38,379 nucleotides of DNA from an uncultured bacterium (GTDB lineage Bacteria > Pseudomonadota > Gammaproteobacteria > Burkholderiales > Burkholderiaceae_F), in assembly GCA_905215795.1 (NCBI GenBank), contig CAJMRV010000001.1, forward strand, positions 1 to 38,379. Reading direction: 5' to 3'. Positions within the stretch are counted from its first letter, which is position 1. Every line of letters begins with the position of its first letter. The position numbers and the translations under genes were made by a program. Below, in pieces: positions 20,302 to 29,445 of the stretch. The notes under the pieces were generated by a model. It was not told the origin of the DNA, did not search any database, and was given only the letters and a program-made list of their open reading frames with translations.

Positions 20302-21069
20302 TCAGCGCCCCATGCGCTCGAGCATCTCGCGGCCAGCGGCCATATAGGCCTGGGCGCCCTTGCTCGACTTGTCGTAGACGACGCCCGGGAGCCCGTAGCT
20401 CGGGGCCTCCGCGAGGCGCACGTTCCTCGGGATGACCGTCTCGAAGACGTTGTCGCCGAAGTGCAGACTGAGCTGCTCGCTCACCTGCTGCTGGAGCGTG
20501 ATGCGCGGATCGAACATCACGCGCAGGATCATCATCAGGTTGAGGTCCCGGTTCTTCTCGGTCCTCACGCGCTTGACGGTGCGCACGAGGTCGCTCAGGC
20601 CCTCGAGCGCGTAGTACTCGCACTGCATCGGGATGAGGACCCCGGTGGCCAGGCAGAGCGCGTTCAAAGTGAGCATCGAGAGCGACGGGGGGCAGTCGAT
20701 CAGGACGAAGTCGTACTGCCCGAGCCTCGGTTCGACACCGATCTTCAGGCGGTTGTCGCGGTGGCTGAGCTCGACGAGCTCCACCTCGGCACCCGCGAGG
20801 TCACGGTTCGATGGGAGCACGTCGAAGCCGCCCCTTTCGGAGCGCACGACGCACTCGTCGAACCCCTTGGCGCCGAGCAGCAGGTCGTAGACCGACGCCG
20901 GCAATTCGTGCTTGTCCACCCCGCACCCCATGGTGCCGTTGCCCTGGGGGTCCAGGTCGATGAACAAGACGCGTTGGTTGAGCTTCGCCAATGCCGCGGC
21001 GAGATTCACCGCGCTGGTGGTCTTTCCCACCCCTCCTTTTTGATTGGCAACGCAGAAGATATGAGTCAT
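20302..21069 (-). CDS. parA: ParA/Soj ATPase
   Basis: NQKGGVGKTT, DLDPQGN, IDCPPSL, IPRNVRLAEAPSYG. Confidence 0.98.
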   Translation of the reverse strand: MTHIFCVANQKGGVGKTTSAVNLAAALAKLNQRVLFIDLDPQGNGTMGCGVDKHELPASVYDLLLGAKGFDECVVRSERGGFDVLPSNRDLAGAEVELVELSHRDNRLKIGVEPRLGQYDFVLIDCPPSLSMLTLNALCLATGVLIPMQCEYYALEGLSDLVRTVKRVRTEKNRDLNLMMILRVMFDPRITLQQQVSEQLSLHFGDNVFETVIPRNVRLAEAPSYGLPGVVYDKSSKGAQAYMAAGREMLERMGR

Positions 21070-21105
21070 AAGGCTCCTGTCCTTTTCGGTCGGTCACCTC
21101 TTAGG

Positions 21106-21768
21106 TCAATGGATGACGGCCAGTTTGGTCTGTAAATTGATCCACAACTCCGAGAACCCCGCCCACGCGATCGACACGCCCAGGCAGATCAGGATGAACG
21201 CCAGGAGTCGTGCGAGGGCGTCGGCGCCCGCCGCACCGACCGCATGGTTGACGCGGTCGCTGTAGCGGTAGCACAGCCAGATCACGATGACGGTCGCGAG
21301 CGTCGCGGCGAGCACGCCGGCGACGTGTCCCGTGTCGCGCGGAAGGCTCGTGCCGAGCGCGACGGAGACGGCGATCCCGCCCGGGCCGGTGGTCAGCGGC
21401 AGGGTGAACGGGTAGAAGGCCATCGACTTGAGCTTGGCGCGCGAGAGGGACGGAACCTCGGTGGGCGTGTCCTCGTGGGAGGGCGCGTTCAGGGCGGTCC
21501 AGCCGGCCATGAAGAGCACGGCGCCGCCGGCGACGCGCAGCGCCCCCACGGAGATGCCGAAGAAGTTGAGGATCAGGTGTCCCACGCTCAGGCAAACCAG
21601 GAGGATGATGAGCGAGTACACCGCGATGCGGTTGGCCACGAAGCGTCGGTCGTCGGCGCTCAGGTTGCTCGACATCGTGCAGAAGAACATGGCTCCGCTG
21701 AACGGGTTGATGACGGGCAGGAGCGTCGAGAACGCCAGGACGAAGGTGCTGATGAAGGCGCTGAACAT
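21106..21768 (-). CDS. MarC family membrane protein
   Basis: INPFSG, FFGISVGALRVAGG, PFTLPLTTGPG; about six hydrophobic helices. Confidence 0.93.
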   Translation of the reverse strand: MFSAFISTFVLAFSTLLPVINPFSGAMFFCTMSSNLSADDRRFVANRIAVYSLIILLVCLSVGHLILNFFGISVGALRVAGGAVLFMAGWTALNAPSHEDTPTEVPSLSRAKLKSMAFYPFTLPLTTGPGGIAVSVALGTSLPRDTGHVAGVLAATLATVIVIWLCYRYSDRVNHAVGAAGADALARLLAFILICLGVSIAWAGFSELWINLQTKLAVIH

Positions 21769-21772
21769 GGTC

Positions 21773-22432
21773 TCACTCCTCGTCGGTAGGCTTGCTCATG
21801 ACGACGAGGTGGCGTTCCTCGGCAAGATGGGGCACGCGCATCGGAACGACTTCGCGGAGCACGGCCACGGCGGGGTCGAGCCCGGCGATCTCGGCCTCCG
21901 GATACTCACCCTTCATGGCGAGCCAGAGTCCGTCCGGGGCGAGCGCCCCCTGCGTCCAGTCGGTGAAGTTCCTCAGGCTCGCGAAAGCTCTCGATGTCAC
22001 TACATCATAACTAGAATGGATGGTTTCCACACGCTTGTGCATCGCGCGGAAGTTCCTGAGCCCCAGTTCAATGCCGACCTGGGTGAGGAACGCGGTCTTC
22101 TTGGAGACCGCGTCGACGGCGTGGATCTTCACGTCGGGGTGGAAGATCGCCATCGGGATGACGGGGAGTCCGCCGCCGCTCCCCACGTCGAGGATGGTGC
22201 GGGCTCCCGGGGCGTAATGGTCCAGGAGCGGCAGGAGCGCGGCCGAATCCAGGAGGTGGTGCGTGATGATCTCGTGGGGGTTGTCCACCGAAGTGAGGTT
22301 GAAGACCTTGTTCCACTTCGCGAGCAGCCCCGCGTAGGCCGTCAGCTTGCCGACGACCTCGTCGCCGGCCGGGAGCCCGAGTTCCTCGAGTCCCTCGACC
22401 AGCAGCGCCCTGTTCTTATCATCCATGTTCAT
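21773..22432 (-). CDS. rsmG: 16S rRNA m7G527 methyltransferase
   Basis: [31 protein letters not shown]; start overlaps the mnmG end. Confidence 0.97.
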   Translation of the reverse strand: MNMDDKNRALLVEGLEELGLPAGDEVVGKLTAYAGLLAKWNKVFNLTSVDNPHEIITHHLLDSAALLPLLDHYAPGARTILDVGSGGGLPVIPMAIFHPDVKIHAVDAVSKKTAFLTQVGIELGLRNFRAMHKRVETIHSSYDVVTSRAFASLRNFTDWTQGALAPDGLWLAMKGEYPEAEIAGLDPAVAVLREVVPMRVPHLAEERHLVVMSKPTDEE

Positions 22433-24341
22433 GTCCGCCCTTCTTCCAATAGTATTTACGCTTCAGATAAACCAACAGCAACGAGATCGCGGCGGGGGTG
22501 ACGCCGGAGATGCGCGATGCCTGACCGACCGTCTGCGGTGCGATCTTGTTCAATTTTTGACGAACCTCGATGCTTAATCCGGGAACGTCGTCGAAATTCA
22601 TGCCTTCCGGGATCCTCGTCGTCTCGTTGGCCTTGGCCTTCTCGATCTCGCCCTTCTGGCGGGAGATGTAGCCGTCGTACTTGACGTCGATCTCGACCTG
22701 TTCGCGGACCTCCGGGGAGAGCTCCCCGAGTTCGACCACGGCGGCGCCCTCCTTGGTGCGGAGCGCTTCGAGGTCGGCGAGGCGCACGTTCGGACGCGAC
22801 AGGAGCGACTTCAGGCTGTACTCCCTCGTCATCGGGGAGCCGAGGACCTCCTCGACATGACCCTCGTTGAAGAGGTTCGGATTGACCCAGGTACCGTTGA
22901 GCCCGGCCTTGGCCTTCTCGACGGCCTCGCACTTGGCCTGGTAGTAGGCCCAGCGCTCATCATCGACGAGGCCCATTTCACGGGCGGTCTCGGTGAGGCG
23001 TCGGTCGGCGTTGTCCTCGCGCAGCGAGAGACGGTACTCCGCCCGGCTCGTGAACATGCGGTAGGGTTCGTTGACGCCGCGGGTGGTGAGGTCGTCGACC
23101 ATGACGCCCAGGTAGGCCTGGTCGCGGCGGGGCACCCAGCCTTCTTCGCCGCGCACGTGGCGGGCGGCGTTGATGCCGGCGAGAAGCCCCTGTGCGGCGG
23201 CCTCCTCGTAACCGGTGGTGCCGTTGATCTGACCCGCGAAGAACAACCCTTCGATCTGCTTGGTCTCGAGCGTGGGCTTGAGTTCCCTGGGGTCGTAATA
23301 ATCATATTCAATCGCATAGCCCGGACGCAGTAAATGGGCGTTTTCCAGACCAGGCATCATGTGGACCATGCGAATCTGCACGTCAAAGGGGAGGCTCGTC
23401 GAGATTCCGTTGGGGTAGTACTCGTTCACCGAGAGGCCCTCGGGCTCGAGGAAGACCTGATGGCTGTCCTTGTCGGCGAAGCGCTTGACCTTGTCCTCGA
23501 TCGAGGGGCAGTAGCGCGGGCCGACGCCGTGGATGATGCCCGTGTACATGGGCGAGCGGTCCAGGTTGGCGAGGATCAGGTCGTGCATCTGCTGGTTGGT
23601 GCGCGTGATCCAGCAGGGGCGCTGTTCAGGATGCTCGGGCGCGGGCTTCAGAAGCGAGAAGGAGGGGACCGGATCGAGGTCGCCCCACTGTTCCTGACAC
23701 TTCGAGAAGTCGATCGAACGGCCGTCGATGCGGGCCGGGGTGCCGGTCTTCAGACGGCCCTGCGGGAGCTTGAGCTCCTTGAGGCGCTCGGCGAGGCGGA
23801 TGCTCGAGGGGTCGCCCACGCGGCCGGCCGAATAATGCTCGAGGCCGATGTGGACCATGCCGTTGAGGAAGGTGCCCGCGCAGAGCACGGCGGCCTTCGT
23901 CCTGAAGGTGATGCCCGTCTGGGTCACCACGCCGGTGATGCGTCCGTTCTCGACGACGACGTCGTCGACGGCCTGCTGGAAGAGCCAGAGGTGGGGCTGG
24001 TTCTCGATCCTCACGCGCATCGCGCGGCGGTAGAGCTGACGGTCGATCTGCGCACGGGTGGCCCTCACGGCCGGACCCTTGGAGCTGTTGAGGATGCGGA
24101 ACTGGATGCCCGCCTCGTCGGTGACCACGCCCATCAGGCCGCCCATGGCGTCGAGCTCCTTGACGAGGTGGCCCTTGCCGATGCCGCCGATCGAGGGGTT
24201 GCACGAGAGCTGCCCGATCGTGTCGAGGTTGTGCGTGATGAAGAGCGTGTCGCGCCCCATGCGGGCGCTCGCCGCGGCGGCTTCAACGCCGGCGTGACCA
24301 CTGCCGATCACGATGACTTCGAATTCTTTTGGATAGATCAT
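22419..24341 (-). CDS. mnmG: tRNA uridine-5-carboxymethylaminomethyl(34) synthesis enzyme GidA
   Basis: [49 protein letters not shown]. Confidence 0.99.
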   Translation of the reverse strand: MIYPKEFEVIVIGSGHAGVEAAAASARMGRDTLFITHNLDTIGQLSCNPSIGGIGKGHLVKELDAMGGLMGVVTDEAGIQFRILNSSKGPAVRATRAQIDRQLYRRAMRVRIENQPHLWLFQQAVDDVVVENGRITGVVTQTGITFRTKAAVLCAGTFLNGMVHIGLEHYSAGRVGDPSSIRLAERLKELKLPQGRLKTGTPARIDGRSIDFSKCQEQWGDLDPVPSFSLLKPAPEHPEQRPCWITRTNQQMHDLILANLDRSPMYTGIIHGVGPRYCPSIEDKVKRFADKDSHQVFLEPEGLSVNEYYPNGISTSLPFDVQIRMVHMMPGLENAHLLRPGYAIEYDYYDPRELKPTLETKQIEGLFFAGQINGTTGYEEAAAQGLLAGINAARHVRGEEGWVPRRDQAYLGVMVDDLTTRGVNEPYRMFTSRAEYRLSLREDNADRRLTETAREMGLVDDERWAYYQAKCEAVEKAKAGLNGTWVNPNLFNEGHVEEVLGSPMTREYSLKSLLSRPNVRLADLEALRTKEGAAVVELGELSPEVREQVEIDVKYDGYISRQKGEIEKAKANETTRIPEGMNFDDVPGLSIEVRQKLNKIAPQTVGQASRISGVTPAAISLLLVYLKRKYYWKKGGHEHG

Positions 24342-24359
24342 TTTTGTCTTTTCTCTTGC

Positions 24360-25733
24360 TTACTTGCCGATGCAGAAGCGGCTGAAGATCATGCCCAGGA
24401 GGTCGTCGGCGACGAACTCGCCGAGGATCTCGTTGAGGGGTTCGCAGGCGAGCCTCAGCTCTTCGGCGAACAGGTCGATCATGGCGACGTCCTGGCCGAA
24501 GGCGATGGCGTTCTCGACGTGTTCGAGCGAGGTCTCGAGCGCGGTGATGTGGCGTTGGCGCGACATGAAGAGGCCGTCGGTGCCCGAGCGCATGCCGGCG
24601 ATCTCGAGCAGGCGGTCGCGCAGAACGGAGAGTCCCTCCTCGCTCTTGGCGGAGACCGCCACGACTCCTTCGGGATAAGTGCGTCCGGGGGCGAGGTCGG
24701 CCTTGTTGGCCACGGTGAGCACGGGCGTGCCGGGAGCGGAGGCGGCGAGGATGCGCGCGAGCGCCTCCTTGTCGTCGGCGATCCTGCCGGAGGCGTCGAC
24801 GAGGTGGAGGACCACCTGGGCCTTGCCCACTTCGGCGAGGGCGCGCTCGATCCCCTTGAGTTCGACCGGGTCGGTCGTCTCGCGGATGCCCGCGGTGTCG
24901 ACCACGCGCAGGGGCACCCCGTTGATGGAGATCCAGTGCTCGATCTTGTCGCGGGTGGTGCCGGCGATGTCGGTGACGATGGCCACCTCCTCGCCCGCCA
25001 GGGCGTTCAGGAGGCTCGACTTGCCCACGTTCGGGCTGCCGACGATGGCCACGGTGACGCCTTCGCGCAGGACCTTGCCGCAGCGGGCCTTGGCGAAGAT
25101 GTCGAGGAGTCCGGCGCGGATTTCATTGAGGCGCTCGAAGATGCGGCCGCGGTTGAGGTTGTCGACTTCCTCCTCGGGGAAGTCGAGCGTGGCCTCGACG
25201 TAGGCGCGGACCTCCTTCAAGGACTCGTCGACGCGGCGCACGAGCGTGGAGAACTCCCCGGAGAGGGAGCGCTGGGCGGCCTGCACGGCCGATTCGCTCA
25301 TGGCGCTGATGACGTCGGCGACGGCCTCGGCCTGGGCGAGGTCGAGGCGCCCGTTCAGGTAGGCGCGCTTGGTGAACTCGCCCGGTTCGGCGAGGCGGAA
25401 TCCAAGGTGGGCGCACTTCTTCAGGCACGCCCTCTGGAGCATCTGCATGAGCACGGGGCCGCCGTGGGCCTGCAGCTCGATGACGGACTCGCCCGTGTAG
25501 CTCGAGGGGCCCTTGAAGAAGATGACGATCAGGTCGTCGAGCTTGACCCCGTTTTCATCGAGGAAGGCGCGCAGGTGCGCGTGGCGCGGCACCGGCGTGA
25601 AGGCGCCCTCGAACAGGGCCTCGTGGACGCGCTCTTCGAGCGCGACGGGGAACGAAAGCCGGACGATGCCGATGCCGCCGCTTCCGGCCGGCGTGGCGAT
25701 CGCCAGGATGGGGTCTTGGTCAGAGTGCGTCAT
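24360..25733 (-). CDS. mnmE: tRNA modification GTPase TrmE
   Basis: GSPNVGKSS, GTTRD, DTAG, NKAD, C-terminal FCIGK. Confidence 0.99.
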   Translation of the reverse strand: MTHSDQDPILAIATPAGSGGIGIVRLSFPVALEERVHEALFEGAFTPVPRHAHLRAFLDENGVKLDDLIVIFFKGPSSYTGESVIELQAHGGPVLMQMLQRACLKKCAHLGFRLAEPGEFTKRAYLNGRLDLAQAEAVADVISAMSESAVQAAQRSLSGEFSTLVRRVDESLKEVRAYVEATLDFPEEEVDNLNRGRIFERLNEIRAGLLDIFAKARCGKVLREGVTVAIVGSPNVGKSSLLNALAGEEVAIVTDIAGTTRDKIEHWISINGVPLRVVDTAGIRETTDPVELKGIERALAEVGKAQVVLHLVDASGRIADDKEALARILAASAPGTPVLTVANKADLAPGRTYPEGVVAVSAKSEEGLSVLRDRLLEIAGMRSGTDGLFMSRQRHITALETSLEHVENAIAFGQDVAMIDLFAEELRLACEPLNEILGEFVADDLLGMIFSRFCIGK

Positions 25734-25872
25734 GATGATTCTGAAAACGGGGGGTATGAGTATATAACCGTAGAGATTAACCCGAGGGTCTTCTGCATTC
25801 TAATACCCGAAGGCATAGAATGGTTCAGTTCTAACGTAATGATTCAAACATCGACAGGCTTTTTCAATCGAC

Positions 25873-26178
25873 ATGTCTTTGCAAGGAAACGGACCCCATC
25901 TCACACCCCAGCTCCTCGGCTCGCTGATCGGGGTCGTCTCCGCCGTGCCCGCCGCCGCATACTCGGCCGCATGGCTCGGGGGCGACTACAACACGCGGGC
26001 CCTCATCTACGGCCTCATGCTCTTATGGGTGGTGGTCGGCGCCGCCGCGATCTACATCGTGACCCGCCGCGCCGACCCTAGGAACCGGCTCACGCTCGTG
26101 AGGACCGTCCTCTGGTGCGTGTCGTTGTGGCTCTGGCCGGTGCTCGTGTTCCTCGCCAGACACTTCAGGAACCGTTGA
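25873..26178 (+). CDS. Small membrane protein of unknown function (101 aa, about 3 TM)
   Basis: Fills the mnmE-yidC gap, has host-like C-ending codons and three hydrophobic segments, and is followed by a bidirectional terminator. Confidence 0.8.
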   Translation: MSLQGNGPHLTPQLLGSLIGVVSAVPAAAYSAAWLGGDYNTRALIYGLMLLWVVVGAAAIYIVTRRADPRNRLTLVRTVLWCVSLWLWPVLVFLARHFRNR

Positions 26179-26195
26179 GAAAACGATGAACCATC

Positions 26196-26228
26196 AAAAA
26201 TGGGATGCCGAGGCATCCCATTTTTTTT
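26196..26228. terminator. Bidirectional intrinsic terminator
   Basis: A5-TGGGATGCC-GA-GGCATCCCA-T8 between two convergent genes. Confidence 0.88.
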
Positions 26229-26249
26229 CATCGCGTTCTAAGCGGTGCT

Positions 26250-27938
26250 TCAGCTCTTGAGACGGTTCGCGCGTTCAGCGGCGATCGTCCTGTTGATGTA
26301 CCACTGCTGTGCGATCGAGAGCACGTTGTTGGTGAGCCAGTAGAGCACCAGACCGGAAGCAAAGATGAAGAACATCACCGAGAAGACGACCGGCATGACG
26401 TACATCACCTTGGCCTGGACCGGGTCCGTGGGCTTCGGGTTCAGGAAGATCTGCAGGAACATGGTCACGGCCATGATCGCAGGCAGGATGAACCAGGGGT
26501 CGGGAGCCGCAAGGTCGTGCACCCAGAGGATCCACGGGGCATCACGCAGTTCGACGGAGCCCTGGAGCACCCAATAGAGGGCGAGGAACACCGGGATCTG
26601 CAGCAGGATCGGGAGGCAGCCGCCCAGCGGATTGATCTTCTCCGTGCGGTAGAGCTCCATCATCGCCTGGTTGAGGCGCTGCTTGTCGTCCTTGTACTTG
26701 TCCTGGAGGGCCTTCATGCGGGGGGTGACCTCCTTCATGCGGGCCATCGAACGGTAGCCGGCGGCGGAGATCGGGAAGAGGATCGCCTTGACGATGACGG
26801 TCAGGAGGACGATCGCCCAGCCCCAGTTGCCGACGAAGCCGTGCAGGAGCGAAAGGAGCCAGTAGATCGGCTTGGCGAGGAACGTCAGCCAGCCGTAGTC
26901 GACGACGAGGTCGAGGCCCTTGGCGATCTGCTCGAGGTGGTTCTGGTCCTGCGGACCGGAGTAGAGGACGGCCGAGGTGGACTCGCTCGCGCCCGGGGCG
27001 ATGGCCTTCAGGGGCACGATCGAACCGATCGTGTAGAGGTCCTTGGAGAGTTCGCGCACGTAGTTCTCACGCTGTTCGCCCTCGGTGGGGACCCAGGCCG
27101 TGACGAAGTGGTGCTGGACCATGGCGACCCAGCCGTTGTCGGCGTGCTTCTCGAACTTGGCGTCGCCGTCGGCGATCGCCTCGAACTTGACCTTCTGGAA
27201 CTTCTCGGCTTCGGTGTAGAAGGCCGGACCCGTGTAGGTCGAGCTCATGGAGTTGCCGCCGTCGGCCTTGCCGCCGTCACGCGTGATCTGGTAGTAGATC
27301 GACGGGGTGATCTCCTTGTCGGAGTTGTTCACGACGTCGGTCGTGAGCTTCACGCCGTAGTTGCCGCGGGTGAATTCGTAGGTCTTGCGGACCGTTACGC
27401 CGTTCTTCTCGGCCTCGAACACGACGTCGAGCTTATCGGCGTCGCCCATGTCGAGCTTCGAGCTCACGAGCTTGAAGACGTCGCGGTGGTTGGGCAGGTC
27501 GCCGCCGACGAGGCCCGTCTGGGCGACGTAGGTGCGCTCGGCACCGTACCCGATGAGAAGGACGTAGCGGAGGTTCTCGGGCTTCTTGTTGCCGAGGATC
27601 AGGCCGGCCAGACCGACGTCGGTCCACTCGGGCTGGTTCGGATAATTGAGGAGCGTGTTGCCGACGATGACGGCGCCTTCACGGTCGAAGGTGACCTGGA
27701 GGCGGTCCGTATGGATGACGACGGGGTCCTTGAGTTCGATTTTCTCGGCCGCGCCTTCAGCCTGCTGGAGGGCGTTGGAGACGGGCACGTTGTTGGCTTC
27801 GGACTTCGGAGCCTCGACCTGTTCGGCCGGCTGGAAGAACGAAGTGCCGCCGTGCGATACCTGGTAGTTGTCCCAGAGCATGAAGCAGGCGGTGAACAGG
27901 ATGACCCAAAGAAGAGCTCGTTGAATATCTTTTCCCAT
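26250..27938 (-). CDS. yidC: Membrane protein insertase
   Basis: VDYGWL, GNWGWAIVLLT, INPLGGCLPILLQIP, GLVLYWLTNN. Confidence 0.99.
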   Translation of the reverse strand: MGKDIQRALLWVILFTACFMLWDNYQVSHGGTSFFQPAEQVEAPKSEANNVPVSNALQQAEGAAEKIELKDPVVIHTDRLQVTFDREGAVIVGNTLLNYPNQPEWTDVGLAGLILGNKKPENLRYVLLIGYGAERTYVAQTGLVGGDLPNHRDVFKLVSSKLDMGDADKLDVVFEAEKNGVTVRKTYEFTRGNYGVKLTTDVVNNSDKEITPSIYYQITRDGGKADGGNSMSSTYTGPAFYTEAEKFQKVKFEAIADGDAKFEKHADNGWVAMVQHHFVTAWVPTEGEQRENYVRELSKDLYTIGSIVPLKAIAPGASESTSAVLYSGPQDQNHLEQIAKGLDLVVDYGWLTFLAKPIYWLLSLLHGFVGNWGWAIVLLTVIVKAILFPISAAGYRSMARMKEVTPRMKALQDKYKDDKQRLNQAMMELYRTEKINPLGGCLPILLQIPVFLALYWVLQGSVELRDAPWILWVHDLAAPDPWFILPAIMAVTMFLQIFLNPKPTDPVQAKVMYVMPVVFSVMFFIFASGLVLYWLTNNVLSIAQQWYINRTIAAERANRLKS

Positions 27939-27947
27939 GGTAGGCCG

Positions 27948-28253
27948 TTAATTCTTTGTGTGTTTGGTTGGAGTCGCGTTTCCCGATCCCTTCCCCGACT
28001 CGTCTTCACACTCCCCGCACGTGCAGCGCCAGGAGAACTTGAGGGGGACCGGATCGTAGCCGCCACGCCCGAGCGGATGGCATCGGAGGAGACGGCGGAC
28101 GGTGAGGTACAGACCCCGAATCGTACCATGACGATCGAGGGCTTCAAGCGCGTAGTTCGAGCAGGTGGGTATGTAGCGGCAGTTCCTGCCCACCCACGGG
28201 GACAACGTCAGCTGATACAGGCGTATCAGTCCCTTGCACACCCTTCTGAACAT
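27948..28253 (-). CDS. yidD: Membrane protein insertion efficiency factor
   Basis: LIRLYQ, CRYIPTCSNYA, RLLRCHP, GGYDPVP. Confidence 0.96.
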   Translation of the reverse strand: MFRRVCKGLIRLYQLTLSPWVGRNCRYIPTCSNYALEALDRHGTIRGLYLTVRRLLRCHPLGRGGYDPVPLKFSWRCTCGECEDESGKGSGNATPTKHTKN

Positions 28254-28705
28254 CGCTCGACCTTGATTTTCTTGTCGATGAAGGACTCCAGGCGGTCGAA
28301 GAGACCGGCGACGTCCTTCCTCAACGTCTTCTTGACGGCGGCGACACCGATGTCGGCGCCGGAAACACGATCGTATACGGACCGGAGCCTCAGGGAGACG
28401 TCCAGGCCCTTTTCAAGACGGGATATCTTCTCGCGGATCGAGGGGGCGCGGTGACGCGCCTCCTCCTTCAGGAGGCGTTTGACGAGAGCTCTGTCGACCG
28501 AACGGTGGCAGTTTCGCTTCCCGACGGTCACTCCGAACCGGAGGTCCTGTCCGGAGGGTTCCCTCCACTTGGCGCTCAGGGAGAAGGCCCCCCAGGCCAG
28601 GCCGAAGGTGTTTTCGTTTCTTTCACGCACAAGAACCCCATAATCCTCGCTTCTTATGAGGCGAAGACTACGGGGGTACTTGAATCTTTGATCGTGCTTG
28701 ATCAC
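28226..28705 (-). CDS. rnpA: Ribonuclease P protein component
   Basis: YPRSLRL, RFGVTVGKR, DRxxxKR; lies between rpmH and yidD. GTG start; 28-bp overlap with yidD. Confidence 0.88.
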   Translation of the reverse strand: MIKHDQRFKYPRSLRLIRSEDYGVLVRERNENTFGLAWGAFSLSAKWREPSGQDLRFGVTVGKRNCHRSVDRALVKRLLKEEARHRAPSIREKISRLEKGLDVSLRLRSVYDRVSGADIGVAAVKKTLRKDVAGLFDRLESFIDKKIKVERCSEGCARD

Positions 28706-28732
28706 GGCTGTCTGCCGTGGGTCACGCGTCGC

Positions 28733-28873
28733 TTAGAGAGCGATGACGTGACGGCCCTTGGCGCGGCGACGAGCGATGACGCGGCGACCGCCCTTGGTGC
28801 GGCTGCGAACCAGGAAGCCGTGGGTGCGAGCACGCTTGACCTTGGAGGGCTGATAGGTACGTTTGGTGGCCAT
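28733..28873 (-). CDS. rpmH: 50S ribosomal protein L34 (46 aa; below the ORF-track cutoff)
   Basis: Hand translation [54 protein letters not shown]. Confidence 0.98.
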   Translation of the reverse strand: MATKRTYQPSKVKRARTHGFLVRSRTKGGRRVIARRRAKGRHVIAL

Positions 28874-29098
28874 GATTTTTCCTCAACAGGCAAATATGTC
28901 AATGCTGCCGGAAGCATGTCCTCGGGACGGTGTCGCCGGCAACGAAACTAAATTGGAAACTCAGTGCGGGAAAAGGACTTTCCCTGCTGGCCGCGGGTCC
29001 TTCCGGACGGCAACGGCCCCTTCAACTCCTGTCGGCTCTTACGGTTGACGCATCGGTCACCCGCCTGTTAAGCGCCCACAAGCGAAGTAAAGCCCCAT

Positions 29099-29128
29099 AT
29101 TAGAACCTATTTGGCGGCGGATTGTCAA
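29099..29128 (-). promoter_or_regulatory. Putative sigma70 promoter for rpmH-rnpA-yidD-yidC
   Basis: Minus strand TTGACA (29128-29123), 18-bp spacer, TCTAAT (29104-29099). Confidence 0.55.
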
Positions 29129-29303
29129 ACTAAATCAGGAATTTTGTGAGCAATTGTCCTAGCCTGGGACGGGCCGTTTTGCAAGGGGGACTTGCCCTAT
29201 TCAACATCTTGGGCTCCGCCCGAGGGAAAGTCCTTCAAATTGTGTACATCTTTTCCGAACGCTCCGCGAACCCGACGTATCCCCGTGAAATCCGAGAATT
29301 TTT

Positions 29304-29327
29304 TTATTCACAAGGTCCTGTGGATAA
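29304..29327. promoter_or_regulatory. Inverted pair of DnaA boxes upstream of dnaA (probable autoregulation)
   Basis: TTATTCACA-AGGTCC-TGTGGATAA; both match TTATNCACA. Confidence 0.85.
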
Positions 29328-29445
29328 AAGTCCATCCGCCTCAACAAACCCCCGTGTTTCTCGGTAAAATAGGAAGATATTTCGTTTTTTTGGAACAGGA
29401 CGGCCGTATCTTGTATGTCGGGCGTCCTTGGTTTTTGGTTAGAAG

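Noticed and set aside
28702..28917. 71-aa ORF in the track at the rpmH position
   Set aside because: Wrong frame; the real L34 gene is 28733-28873.
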